Source: Eimeria praecox | Taxonomy: Eukaryota | Length of the DNA stretch: 64,000 bases | Direction: 5' to 3' | Assembly: GCA_963920595.1 (NCBI GenBank) | Contig: OY986947.1 | Coordinates: 496,001-560,000 of the forward strand | In this document: one piece after another, positions 12,900 to 25,679 of the stretch | Layout: each line of letters begins with the position of its first letter | Numbering within the stretch: position 1 is the first letter of the stretch | The notes under the pieces: model-generated | Told to the model about the DNA's origin: nothing | The model's database searches: none | What the model saw: only the letters and a program-made list of their open reading frames with translations | Translations under genes and position numbers: made by a program

Positions 12900-14620
12900 G
12901 AGCCAGCAGTAGCTACACTAAGTGCCCTTGCCATTCCTCCAATGCGTACAGCGCAACAATCAATTCCTAAACGATTGCAAATCCATTCAAACCCCACCAC
13001 CACCCAAACTGTTCTCCTGCAAAGTGAAGAAAATATGCCGTCCCTCCACTGTGAGGAATGCTTAAGGGAGAGGACCACGCCGCAAAATCGGACGTGCCTG
13101 TGCTGCTGACACTTCAGCGAACCTACACGGCACTTATCCTCACAAGCCCTCGGCATACTGCTGCCACTCCCGTCCACTGCTTTTCTCCAGACCCTACATG
13201 CGTCCACAAATTTTCTACGGCTCCAGCTTATGCCTTATCGCCCCTCAGTCCACACATACGAGTGCCTCTGCCCCTCGACCAACCCTTCCGTGCAGCTGTC
13301 TCCATGACGATCAAGATGGTTCACACGCAGCAGGACAGAACCTCTCAGCCCTTGTTACACACATACAGTGGACCTTGCAGCATGCAGGGTTGCACCTTGC
13401 ATTGGTGCCATGGAGTGGCGTACCTAAACCAAAGGAGTGTCAAGGGCTTCGCTCGTTCTAACGTACTGCAACTACACACAACTGTCTCGCCCAGCATCTA
13501 CAGCCCCACAACACATCTTGCCACCTGCTAAAATGCCCCCAACCCGGCGAAAAAAAGTCGTTCTCGTTTTTGCGTCCCATCCCAATATTCTTCATGCCCA
13601 CTTCCTGCGCGTAATCAACATTGCTGCAACTCCAACTGAGACCACTCTGCACTCGCTCCTCAAACCCTCGTCAACAAGCCCCTGGCTGTCCCCATTTGGC
13701 CAAGAGCTACGTGCTCAGATTTCAGCGAAACCCTCCTCAACGCGCATCGAAAATGCTACCTCAATACACTGACCATGCACCCACAAGGTCGCGAACAGAC
13801 TGCTCATGTGTGCAAACACACACATGACCGCTCGCTCGCCTAAAGCATTATAGCAACGTTGATGCGTGCAAGACGTTCTAAAATAACTGGGAATAGACTG
13901 CTAGTGCCCGATGGGTGCCTTTAGATATTCACAGCCCTTACCTTCTGCGTATAACGCCACTGTCTACTACTCATGACCCTGCTGCTTTCTCACGTGTTCT
14001 TAGCCACCCACTAACGGCCAAAAAGCGCTTCTATGCCCATCACGTACCTCTCCACTTACTCATCACGCATCAAGTGCTGATGCGAATGGCACGCTTGCTC
14101 GAGTGCCAGCAAACGTTCCGTCTCATATCGGTATCCGTCAGAATGACGTGGCTCACTGACGGGCGCAGTTCGCACGGGAAACGCAAGGTACAAACCGCTC
14201 GGAGGCTTCCACTAAACACAGCCACATCAAATTGGTCACTCACCCGAAACGTCGGCCCCATAGGCTCCAGGCACACAAAACAGCTCTGCACTGCTCTTAA
14301 CCCTTCAGTCATCATTGACGCTCGTGCTGCACTGTCATTAGCGCTTCTGGGCGTGCGCGGGCAAACAAAACACACTTTCTAACCCAACGTGCTAGCGCTT
14401 CAAACATAGCCATTCTCCCTGCATCCCCTGCCACGCAGCACTTAACTAGCATCATCGCATCCTCTTCTCAAACACTGTAGTTGAATCACTGTCCTTTCAT
14501 TTCGTATCGCATATTCCTTCGTCGCAGAGTCATCGGCTCGTTGATGCAAGCATTCTTGTGCGGCACAGTGGCTACTGCAACCTTTGGTACACCTTAAATT
14601 GCAGTCCCAGTGGGCAAAAC
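12900..14620 (-). pseudogene. Family-2 decayed copy G3 (also at ~33710-35430 and ~54465-56185)
   Basis: Shares anchors with G1 at 13020, 13290, 13480, 14183, 14300, 14355 and 14516; carries ~200 nt (13075-13250) absent from G1 and G2. Confidence 0.5.
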
Positions 14621-14999
14621 CTGCATAGTGTTTCCAACACACCGCCTAATATATCCTTCTCCTTCACGTCTGCTGAACTGGCCCAATTTATGGGAATGGC
14701 GCACTTCTTGTCTTTATGTTGTCTTTGTGCTCTCATACGATGACGTCAGGCCAGAGTCCCGTGTGCCTATACTCATTTTATCCACAGCCAGTGGCCAGAT
14801 GGCTTTGCCCCCTCCGCACAGCCATCCGTCAACGGTGGCTGCGTTTCTCATTTTCCGGTCGCATACCTCGCCGTCGCCTCACCAGGAGACTTCCGGCCAG
14901 ACGAAAACACGCATTTCAGCATCAGCAAGCTTTTCGTCTTCTCAACTTCTTTAGGCTTGGCCACTGATATTGCTGGAGGCTATGTCGCAGGGCACACAA

Positions 15000-17900
15000 G
15001 GCACTGGGCACCGGCGTCCGCAACTGAGCACGAGCCGCTGATCTGAATTTTTGGCGGCCCTTTAGACCCTACAGCATTCATATCAAATACAGCACAGAGC
15101 ACGCAATAAAGCATCACTCCTTGTTCGCAAATAATCCAGCCGTCACGAGCACAAGGGTGGCACTGTGATGCGCGCTATATACCTGGAGATGCAGCGTACT
15201 GACATCAATCTTCGGATTGGTGTCATTCCTGTGGGTGTCACTCCTCCCTCTTCACTACCGGGCGGTAACGTCGCTCTCAGCCCAGCCAGCATTTACAACT
15301 CCAACTGCTTCTACAAGCAACCGTGCACTGCCACTCAGACTATATTAGGGCAGCGCTCGCCACATCTAGCCTCTCCACCTTTCCTTCCGGTGCCAGTTCA
15401 GAATTCCCCGCAATGCACACCAATGCAAAAGCGTTCTGCGTGTGTTTGCAAGCAAAGACTCTCGGGAGACATGCCAAGATACCTCCTTGTCTTACAAAGC
15501 CAGGATTCGTCTACAACTGTGTTGGTACACGAAGACTGTGCAGCGCAAAATGCATGATCCTGACGGCACAGGGCAAAGCGTGCTTGCTCCAGAAATGCTG
15601 AATCGACCCCCAGTCATATCGAGGGGGATAGCAAGTCCAACAGCGCAAACGAATCAGAGCTCATGAATGCTTCCGTAAACCTCGTATACCCTACCCAGTC
15701 CGATGTCTGCCTGTGGTTGCAACGGGAGGCACAGGGGTCAGTCGAATCCATATTATTTCACCAAAACAACTCAGCTGCAAGAAAGGCTCTCGGCTGCACG
15801 CATCCCAATGCGCCACCCACATTCACAGAGTTGGCATTACAAAGCCTTTCGTTGATTTGTTCGTCACCCTGCAGGTTCGCGCGAAGGGGCTTGTCCTTTT
15901 CCAGCATGTTGGGCGGCACGTGCGCAATGCCGTCAGTGCACAACGCAGCAATGTTTTTGTTTCCGGCGCCTGCGTACGCAAATAACCTTGCAAAAGCTCA
16001 CATAACTGCACGCGTTCGCATCTACATCTCCAAATGCCTCTTGTGGGCCCAAGAGACCTTGTTCAAGGGCGGCCCGTATGACTGCATATTTCGACCGACT
16101 AATTCACCATGTAAACAAGCATCGCCAACTGCTGCAGGCGCGTAGACATTCATAACGTTAGAAAGGGATGCACCGTCGAGAATTACCATTCTAATCACAC
16201 AAGTATAATGCTCGTTGGCGGTCAGCCTTCACGCACAAACTGTGCAGTGATGATATAACTCCGTTAACGGACTGCCCGTCCGAGCGTAAAGGCTAGCAGC
16301 AATTAGAACGCATTGTAGCGCTGTAGGGAAAACCCAGCTGAGTCACGCTCAGGTCTTACCAGACTCAGTCACACTGTTACGCAAAGTGCAGGGTGGAATC
16401 CTTGGGCGCTGCATGCGGCAAATGCTTGCAGCACCATCCAGATCCCTCTATTCGCTCCAAACCAAGCGATGCAGCCATCTCTCGAGAGAGTGGCAGTCCA
16501 TCTGTGCCTGCTGCTTCCAAACTACAAGGTTTTGCGTGGTACACCCAAATGCTTGGCCATCTGATCAAAACTTGCTTGATGCGCGGTCGCGCTAAGTAGC
16601 TTGCAGGAATTGATGCCAAATCAAACGAATAGTCACGCATTACAGCATCGGAGTGGCAACTCTGATTGTTTGGGCAGCAGCTATTCAGGATCCTGCAGCT
16701 TAAAACAGCCAGTGTTTCCTCATGAAACAACTCCATGAAGGGCTAACGATTTGTTTGTCGTTTCTAAAATAATTCCGCTAAGGGAAAACACAGGTGAAAA
16801 CCAAGCCAAGTCTGGCCCACTTCAACATTTCCACGCACTTTAATTGGCACGTCTGCTTTGTATTGAATGAGTAATATTTCAGCAACCTGTATTCAATGCA
16901 GCATTCGGAGGCTAGTTCAGGAAACACGGGGATTCCAAATCCTGAGTCTGCACTTCGCCTCTTTCTGCGTTTAATAAGAAGAGCAGCATGCATTTCACGT
17001 ACTTTGCCTGATGACGCCGGCAGCTGTGCCCAATAATATGTTCTATTACTAGCACCTTGCGCACATATGCCTCTCCACTTACTAGCTAGATTTCGCAGGA
17101 GGGAAAAGCAGCGGTATCGGCTTGCCTGTGGTTTGCCGGTGTTGCGGCTGGCACATGTTTAGATACAGGTGCACCCTCCAATAGGCAAAGTCTGTATTGC
17201 TCGAGCTCTATGTTTCCACCTCGTTCGTTTGTCGATGTGGTAAGCTGCAGACTACCACAGGCAACACTTAAGATCCCATGCCCGGCTGTGAAATTAGGTT
17301 TGGTTGTGACAGACCTCAAGGCATCGCCGTTAATTGAAATCTTCCCAAAACAAGTTCTACGTAAGAATAGACTCTACTCAGAATACGCTGCAAGACGCAT
17401 TGCCGACTCGCAGAGCATGTCAACAAGCCTTTACTCCTCAAAGCATCGCGTAGTTAGTTTCTAGCCAAGTATTCGTTTAAATGCATATTTTTAGGGAGCA
17501 AAGATCTCAACTTCAAACCAGCGTCTAGTTCATGCTGGCCCACGCCACAGCTCCAGGGTCCGAGCATTCGAGTTCTAAAAATTGCGATACGATATGCCGA
17601 CTGATGCCACAGCATTTGAGAGCAAAAGAGGCCAGCATTCCAAAGATCGGACAGTACGCAGCCGGACACCGTTAGCTTGTAGCATCTAACGCGATCACCG
17701 TCACATATTACAGCAGCGCTCTTAACCAGTTCTACTCATTCAATGTGGCTTTACCTCATACCAAATCAAACCGCAAATCCGTCAGTACCATGGAAATCTT
17801 GTTTCTTACGGTCCTAGACCCCACGAGGCTCCAACCGTTGCCAGCTTAAGCTGCTTCCTATTCTAGCCGTCGATACAAGCAGCTTTATCTATCTGCTCCC

Positions 17901-19482
17901 CCTGAATGGCCGGCTCACTGTATTCAACACGCGCAGCTTCAAACGACATGCCACTGGGCACTTCCGTAACCGAGTCGTGCTTGTCGCTGTAGTATATTTG
18001 CACCTGAAAAGGTGACTTAAGTCCTCAAGATCAATGCACACCACCTCGCAAACTTGCACAGAGGATATGGATATGAAACGCTGCACCCAGCAAGTAGCAT
18101 GGCTTAGTCTGCACGACACAAAATTGCTCTTTACAGACAATTGCAACGTCCTTCCCCCACGCCCTGACGAGCTTATGCTAGTCTAAAATGCGCCTCCCGT
18201 TGTCTTTAGTCATTCAGCCCGACAGATGTTCCTCCTGGCTTGGCTTGGCGCGAAATCGCGTGAAAAAGCATCGCTCCCCCGCCGTGAGTGATCCCCTAGG
18301 CCTTGTCGTTTTGGACGCAAGTGCATGGCACATAAAAGCTCTCGCTTAAAGGAGATGGTGGATGGTGTCAGCGCCATAGCAGTCCAATAGAGTATATCGC
18401 TTGCTGCAAAGTTCAGCCTGGTTAGCCGTCAATAGCCTAAAGGCAAAAGCACTTTGTGCTGGGTGCTTCCAACCTGTCGTGCAAGCCTTTGCCAAAGTGA
18501 ACACGTAGAATGCTGCTCTTCAGTATTACCAGCAAATGAAACATGGGGTGCTGCGCCCAATAGCGTAGAATATGTGGCTAAGGAGTCTGGAATCCTTAGA
18601 ACGGGGCATAGCGTTTTGACCATTCATGCTCTAAACGCTCTGCACTAAGCATCTTACACTCTGCTCCAAGCACGCACAGCAAATTACCAACTGAAAGACT
18701 TCACACCCGGGTGGCTAGACGCTTTCACTGTGATGGCCCTGCTTGCCCTGGCAGTAAATTGACATAACCGCCTATATGCTAGAGGGTCTGCCGCTGTCGA
18801 ATAATGCATTGAGGGAGCACTTTTTGTTGATAACCACTTCTTTGGGCTACGCTTTCAGGCTGTACACAGGTGCATGCACAAATGCACGCATATGCGTAGG
18901 CGTAGGCAAATATAAAAACAAGGTACCATCGCTTTCCAAATGCATCAGGCCTGTGCTGTGTACGAGCCGTGAGGGCCACTGTTTGCGTGTTAGTTCCTGC
19001 ACATTCGCACGTTCCAACTAAGTGAGTGGCCTTACTCCCTACAATCAATGAGATTGCTTGCCTCCGGTCTGCACTGCCAGCGGCAGTCAGTCTGAAAGGC
19101 TCACGTGTTTAGCACCAGAACAGCCTCCCCAGAAGCTGTTCAGTCGTCTCTTTCTTACACAGCTATCAAATTTGTGGCAGCCTACTTCACGGAGGCAACT
19201 AAACCTCTACTGACCTTTTGAACACCGTTGCCCTGACAGCTCTCTAGCCTACGTTTGCAGAAACGCAAGCACTTGCAATCCCAAAAGCATCATCCAGTAG
19301 TACAGGCAACAATATCACCGTATGCCTGTTGTCTATTGACACTAGATAAATAGGAGCAGTGCCACTGGCATATCTCCGCCACCAACAAGGCCTTTTCTGC
19401 AACTGAAGCCAGAGGCGTCAACTATGCACGCACTAGCTAAAAGGTAAGCTAGTTACCCCTGTGCTTCAGATGTGAAATCCAT
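15000..19482 (-). pseudogene. Family-1 paralog E1 (long form with alternative 3' half; probable chimera; 3' limit uncertain)
   Basis: ATG at 19482: MDFTSEAQG*LAYLLASACIVDASGFS; acceptor TGTGTACAG (18860) then PESVAQRSGYQQKVLPQCII; aligns with paralog C down to ~18,230, then only with Y. Confidence 0.6.
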
Positions 19483-19761
19483 GATAACACTTGCCGCAAC
19501 TTCACAATGCTGTGGCGAGCGGCACAAGATAAAAAGAGATTGCATTGCGTGCCTCAGTTTTCTTAACGTCATCGCCCATGCTACGCTCAACGTCTATTCG
19601 CACTGTGACTGGCTTCCAATTTCTCTAGATTAAATGAAAAACCCGAACGTTCGTGGGCGGATGCGCCAGCCGAGCATCTAAGCAGCTTTCTTGTTTAAGG
19701 ACTGCAGACACGTTATCCGGCTGTCACTCAATGATTTTCCCGAATACAGCTCGTGCGCACG

Positions 19762-22757
19762 CAAGACTTACAAGCATTCTGCTTAGACCAACCGAAACGA
19801 TTCACGCATTCCTAGCTTAGCTCAGTCATGGACAGGCTCTGCTACAGAGAGGGCGCTGGTGGCTCTACTGCTTCACTCAAACTAGCACAACTAATGCCAC
19901 GGGCCGTCCAATCCACTATGAATCGTTGCGCAGGTTCATCGTGCTCACACGCAGAGTCGTGCAGAGCCGTGTAGGCATCTTTGCGCGTTCCACTGATACT
20001 ACGCACGGAAGAAAACCCGGAAGCTTCAACAACTAATACTGCAGCGCAGAGTGCTTGGTAACGCCGAGCCGTCTCATGCATCAAAGGGCGAGTGCTCGTA
20101 CACTCTGGCATCGCAGAATCCAACGCTTTCCAACCCACAAAAATCATGTGCCCATCCCACCAGCATTTGCAAATGAGACAACTGGTCTTGGCTGTGATTA
20201 AGCGGCAATCCAATGCAGTCAGTGCTGGTCCTGCCGTTCTCGTGCATTGCATCACGTGGCCTGTACTAATTCCACCTACACAAGCATGATATTCACGTAC
20301 GCTCGCTTTAGAGTATCCGAGCAAATTGAGCCTCTGCTGCAGTAACTCACTCCACTGAAACACCTGTTGCACTAACAGCGCTGCGCTCCAGCAACTTCTA
20401 AAGCAGTACAGGAACAATGCACACCTTGCGATGCACGCTACGCCACCCGCATCGGAGCGGTGCGCAGGGTAAACGCATGCCTGTGCGAAAGCATGCACCT
20501 CCACGCTGATATACAATATCCTGTCCAGGTCACATATACTACAGACAAAGAACAGTTTCGTACGCTCTGCTCCAGAAGGACGCCGCACTTGCGTTTTCTC
20601 GAACTCACGGCAGTTCCCTTGCTATCCTGCTAGACAAAGAACAGTTTCGTACGCTCTGCTCCAGAAGGACGTGGCACTTGCGTTTTCTCGAACTCACGGC
20701 AGTTCCTTTGCTATCCTGCTTCCAAGAAGCGCATCTGTTCTTCCCAGTCACTCGAGAATGCCGGTATGCGAACCGCAGGGCCCCCAGCATTCACCACGGC
20801 GCAGGCGCGGGGATATATGCTGCGCCGTGTGTTGGTGCTTTGCATTCGCCATGCACTGGTGAACCCTCTACGTATGAATGAACGCAGACTTTGCAGCTTG
20901 AACATCCCATATGCACGCAGAGAAACACGTTGTATCGTACGCCTTTCTGCCTCTCTGTTTGGTCGAAAGCGCATGCTAAACCTGCATATCACCCCAAACC
21001 CGAAGAGCAACACCCTTTATAGAAGCAACAGACCTCCACCCGCAAAATGCTAGAACAATATAGAACCATCGGCGCACGCGAAACTGAGCGATATCTAGCA
21101 TAGCCGTAGCGGCAGCCCACCAAGCTGCGCCACTAGCCGTGTACTGTGCTGAGAGGAGCTATTGGCACTACCACAGCAGGCGCCACAAAGGTCGCTTAGA
21201 ATCCATTTGCCCTGTGAACAGCCAGTTGCGTGTGTCTGTCGCACATCTGCCTAGGTCGCCGAAGCTACAGCCGCTCTGCATCGACGGTTCCACGCTCTTG
21301 CATACAGCGCTTAAACGCGCTTCTCGAGCTCTGCATACAGCATTCCTCATGTGCTACCGCTAGGGTGACGCAAAACAATCAGCCCACCAAGCGTGTCTCC
21401 CAGTTTGGCCCATCATGAAAGCGTGTCAAAGAACATCGCTTATCCGCAGAGTAGTGATTCCTTATATCTCTCCCCTTTCAGGACACAAACAGATAGGCTA
21501 TCGGCGCACGGCAAGTGGTGCGTTACGTAGCGGTGCAATACCCTGTAGCACTTGTTGTGAAGAGTAGTCAACATGGTCGTAAATCGCGTCAATACAACAG
21601 TTTGTGCTAGGTGCTTCAACGCTGCCCCCTGACCTCCTGCCAGCGCGAACACCAGCATGCTGCCTTCCCGAACTGCCAACATAGGATGCCTACTCGCTCG
21701 CATCTACCGAGCATAGCATGCTGCTGCGGCATCTGGATCCCCTAAAGCAGCTCATATTGCTTTGCCAAGCCCATTCATGCTGTAATCAGGGTTAAAAACC
21801 TTAAACTCTGCGCTGCACGCGCTCAACAAATTGCATGCTTAGACACTTCATACTATTGCAAGCACATTATTTTTCTGTGAAGATTCTGGCCTTCCTTACG
21901 CTCTGTGTCGAACAACCGCATAAATGCCAGGCCAACCGCTGCCGTCCAATAACGCATTGACGAATCATCTTGTCTTGACGGCCCCTTCACTGTACTCGCT
22001 AGTTAGGCCATACACCGGCACTGGTAGAAGAACACGCTTGCACACGCATACACCGGGATGCGCACACAGAAACATACAAATAAATCAGCAGCCCATTTCA
22101 AATGTACCGCGCATGCCCAATATACGAGACGCGAGAAACGCTGCTTAGGCCTGCGCTCCTGCAAACGCTCGAACGTGGCTCTCCATTTAAGCGCGTGGCC
22201 ATTCTCCATCTTGCGAAAAGGCTGCAACACAAAACGCACTATCAATAAAGTCGCTTTCCCCAAGTCTGCCCTGCCAGCAGCATATAGGTTCAAGGCCTCA
22301 ACACCACGTTTCATCGCGAAACAGCCTCCTCTCCAGCTGCACCCTCAGTCATCTCTTCCTTACAGCAAACATCAAATTTATGACTGCCTGCTTCATGACG
22401 TTCGTGCGCCTATATTCACAGAACACCGAATCGTTATCGTGAGTGCTCTAGCCTACGCTCGCAAAGCCACAAGATCGCGCTATCGACAGCTCTGATACCC
22501 TGCACCAAGTGCGCTGACACGAGCGTCAGCGCGCATTTGGCGGTACCCTATGCAGCACCAACTCTTCCCAAACCCAGATGAGCAGCACAAGCAACCTCGC
22601 CGCATTTGCTTAGTCGCTCAGGCCTGTGCCAAATGCGTAGAAAGAGCGGCATTAGCCTTTCGCCTGGATCTACAAGCCATCGCTTCTACTGAAGGCAAAG
22701 GCGCAGAGTATGCACGCACTAGCTAAAAGAGAAGCTATCTGCTTCTTTGTGTCACCC
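19762..22757 (-). pseudogene. Family-1 paralog A2 (most complete A-type copy, ~3 kb)
   Basis: Copy of A1 plus its 3' module with the 248-codon ORF 19842-20588. Confidence 0.7.
20543..20720. repeat. 89-bp direct tandem duplication in paralog A (second instance 41350-41527)
   Basis: AGACAAAGAACAGTTTCGTACGCTC...GCTATCCTGCT starts at 20543 and again at 20632; single copy in paralog C. Confidence 0.95.
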
Positions 22758-22796
22758 CATCCGGCATGCTTAACATTCGCTTGCACCGCCGTAATC

Positions 22797-24322
22797 TTGA
22801 TAATTAATTGTACTAAGTGCCCCATGCAATGCGGGAACTCCCGTGAAGGTGATGACCACGGAGTCAGCAATTTTTTTTGCAGAGGCCGGTGTTCTGGACA
22901 TGCCAGCTGCATTCTGTAGAAGACAGGGTGTCGTACGCTCTGCTTCAGAACATACTGGCACTTGGAATAGAGTGGAAAAGTGGCCCCAGTCTGTTTGGCA
23001 TCCTCTACTTCCAAGGAACGAGACTGCCATTCCTAACCGCTAGACTCTGACCCCGAAGGGATTCCCAGCGTTCACTACGGTGCAGATAAGTATACTGGAT
23101 CATCTGCCGGTTCTTTGCATTTGACAACCGCTGTTTAAGACTCTACATATGCGTAAACGCAGACATTGCAGCTTAGACAGCGTATATCCCGTCAGAGACC
23201 GAACGTGTCCCGTCTGCCCTTCCGCCGCACCGTTTGGAGGAAAACGCATGCTAAATCTGCACATCATCCCAAGTTCTTGCAGCAGAATTGCTGGGCACAA
23301 AACGCCATACAGAATCAGCAACCCTTCACTACTGAATACTCCAGGACTACTCTACGAAGCATCAGCTCAACCGGCTGAGCGGCATCCAACATGGTAGATA
23401 TAAGCACCCAGACAAACTACATTATCATTCATCTACTCGCTCCAGCCCAGCTACTCGCATTGCCACAGCATGCGCCACAAAGGCCGCTTATAATCCACAT
23501 GCACTGCTAACAACCAGTTGTGTACGTCTGCCGCGCATCTGCCTAGGCCTCCGAAGCTACAGCTGCTCTCTGCCGACGGCTCCAGTCTCTTGCACGGAGT
23601 GCTTGCACGCGACTCTCAAGCATGACATGCAGTGCTACTCATTTCATTGTAAGGATGACCCACTATACTGAACCTAACATACGCGTTCCCTGGTTTGGCT
23701 TGACGCGAGGTCGCAACAGCGAACATCGCGTGCCCGTCTACTGATCCCCTCGGTCTCATCGCTTTGGAGACAGGCCCATGGTATATATATGCGCACTATC
23801 TGAAACGCAAATGGTGCGTTGCGTCAATGCCCTAGCAATTCAACACTTGATGGCACTCGCTGTAGTCTAGTTGTTCTTGAATTGCCTCGACGCAACAACA
23901 TTTCGTGCTGGATGTTTTGATGCTGGCAGGCTTACTCAGCGTGCTTTGGTGCTCCTCAGTAATACCAGCGTAGCGTGTCTCCACTAGCGCGTCCACGCGT
24001 GTCTAGTCTATGAGTGCGGGTTCTGAAGTCTTTGGAGCAGGCCACAGTGCTTTGGCCAAATATGCTCTGCACGCCACTAGGCAAGCAACACTCTGCACCC
24101 AGCACGCACAACAGCCTGCACGCATATAAAGGTTTCATATGCATTCACGCAGAGCATTCTTCTGTGAAGATCTTGGCCGCCCTTGCTCTAAATGTGAAAC
24201 AACCGCCTAAATGCCAGAGCAGCCACTGGCGTCCAATAACGCATTGAGGAATCATCTTGGCGTGGTGGCCCCCACCTTGGACAGCGTGGTTAAGCCATAC
24301 ACAGGTGCGTCCAGAACACACG

Positions 24323-24420
<98 letters not shown>

Positions 24421-25119
24421 CGCATACAAATAAGTCAGCGGTACATTTCAAATGTATCATGCCTGCGCAATATACGAGACGCCAGAAACGCTGCTTAAGC
24501 GTACGCTCCTGCAAACGCTCGAACGTGGCTCTCCATTTAAGCGCGTGGCCATTTTCCATCTTGCCAAAAGGCTGCAACACAAAACGCACTATCAATAAAG
24601 TCGCTTTCTTCAAGTCTGCCCTGCCAGCAGCATATAGGTTCAAGGCCTCAACCCCATGTTTCATCGCAGAACAGCCCCCACTCCAGCTGCATGTTCAGCC
24701 GTCTCTTCCTTACACCAAACATCAAATTTATCGCTGCTTACTTCATAAAGTCCATGCGCCTCTATTCACTTTGAGAACATCGATTCATTATCTCGGTAGT
24801 TTAGCCTACGCTCGCAAAGGCACAAGACCTTGCGGTTGAGAGATGTGACGCCCTCCACCAAGTATGTTGGCATACGTAAGCACGTGCTTGTCGGCACCCT
24901 GTGCAGAGCGAGCTATCACCAATCCTCGTTCAGAAACATACACAGACTCACCGTATGTGTGCGATCGCTTCGACCAGAACGAAAATAAAACAAAAAGCGG
25001 CACACGGCTCTTGCCAGCACATATAGGGGTTCTCTGCTACTGAAGGCAACAGCGCCGAGTTTGCACCCACTAGCTAACAGACAAACTAGCTACCTCTGTG
25101 CTGCAGTTGTGAAGCCCAC
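22797..25119 (-). pseudogene. Family-1 paralog B2
   Basis: Copy of B1 at offset ~20,830-20,836. Confidence 0.72.
24325..24414. repeat. (CA)n microsatellite, ~45 units
   Basis: Read directly; one CT interruption. Confidence 0.99.
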
Positions 25120-25679
25120 GACAAAACTTGCTGCAACTTCACCATGCTGTGGCGAGCGGCATCCAAAGACAAGGCAAAACCACCTTCCACCGCTTGTCCT
25201 TGTGTTCTTACCTTCATCGCCCACGCTATGTCCAACGCCTACTCGCACCATGACAGTCCTTTAAATTGATTAGGTTGAACGAAAACCCAAAACGTTATTG
25301 GGCGGATGAGCCAGCTGAGCATCTAACCTGTTTTCTGATCTAAAGGGTGCAGACACCGTGTAATAATATGCTATCCTAGTGTCACCCATGGATTTTCTCA
25401 TGCACTAGAACCATCCAGCAGCTTCTTCCCACCACATGAGGAAAATGCCCACACAAGTGCAAGCCCTTTTGCTGCTCACAGCCATGTAATGCATCTGGCG
25501 CTTAGTCATGCTCCAGAGGTGCCAAACCAACGCCCTACCCTAAGCACAATAACCTGGCGCAGGCACCCGTCCTGACGGTGCAGAAGCCGTGCATTTTGTT
25601 GGTGGGGAAGGGTGACGCTCCAAGTCACTACGCTGGAGCAGGCGTCATTTCGTTCCCTCAATGCAGCAAGCGCAAATGC

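Noticed and set aside
13250..13340. Plus-strand PLPLDQPFRAAVSMTIKMVH resembles retroelement integrase (PLPxPxxPWxxVSMD...KMVH)
   Set aside because: The catalytic Asp and motif spacing are missing, there is no HHCC or D,D(35)E context, and G1/G2 do not keep the motif. A profile search would settle it.
19437..19456. Possible 20-nt GT-AG mini-intron (GTAACTAGCTTACCTTTTAG, with equivalents in B and C) that would remove the codon-10 stop
   Set aside because: Removing it shifts the frame straight into a TAG and deletes part of the hydrophobic core.
20543..20720. Direct repeats as a CRISPR array or LTRs
   Set aside because: Only two adjacent 89-bp copies with no spacers, no cas genes and no LTR/PBS structure, in a eukaryotic context.
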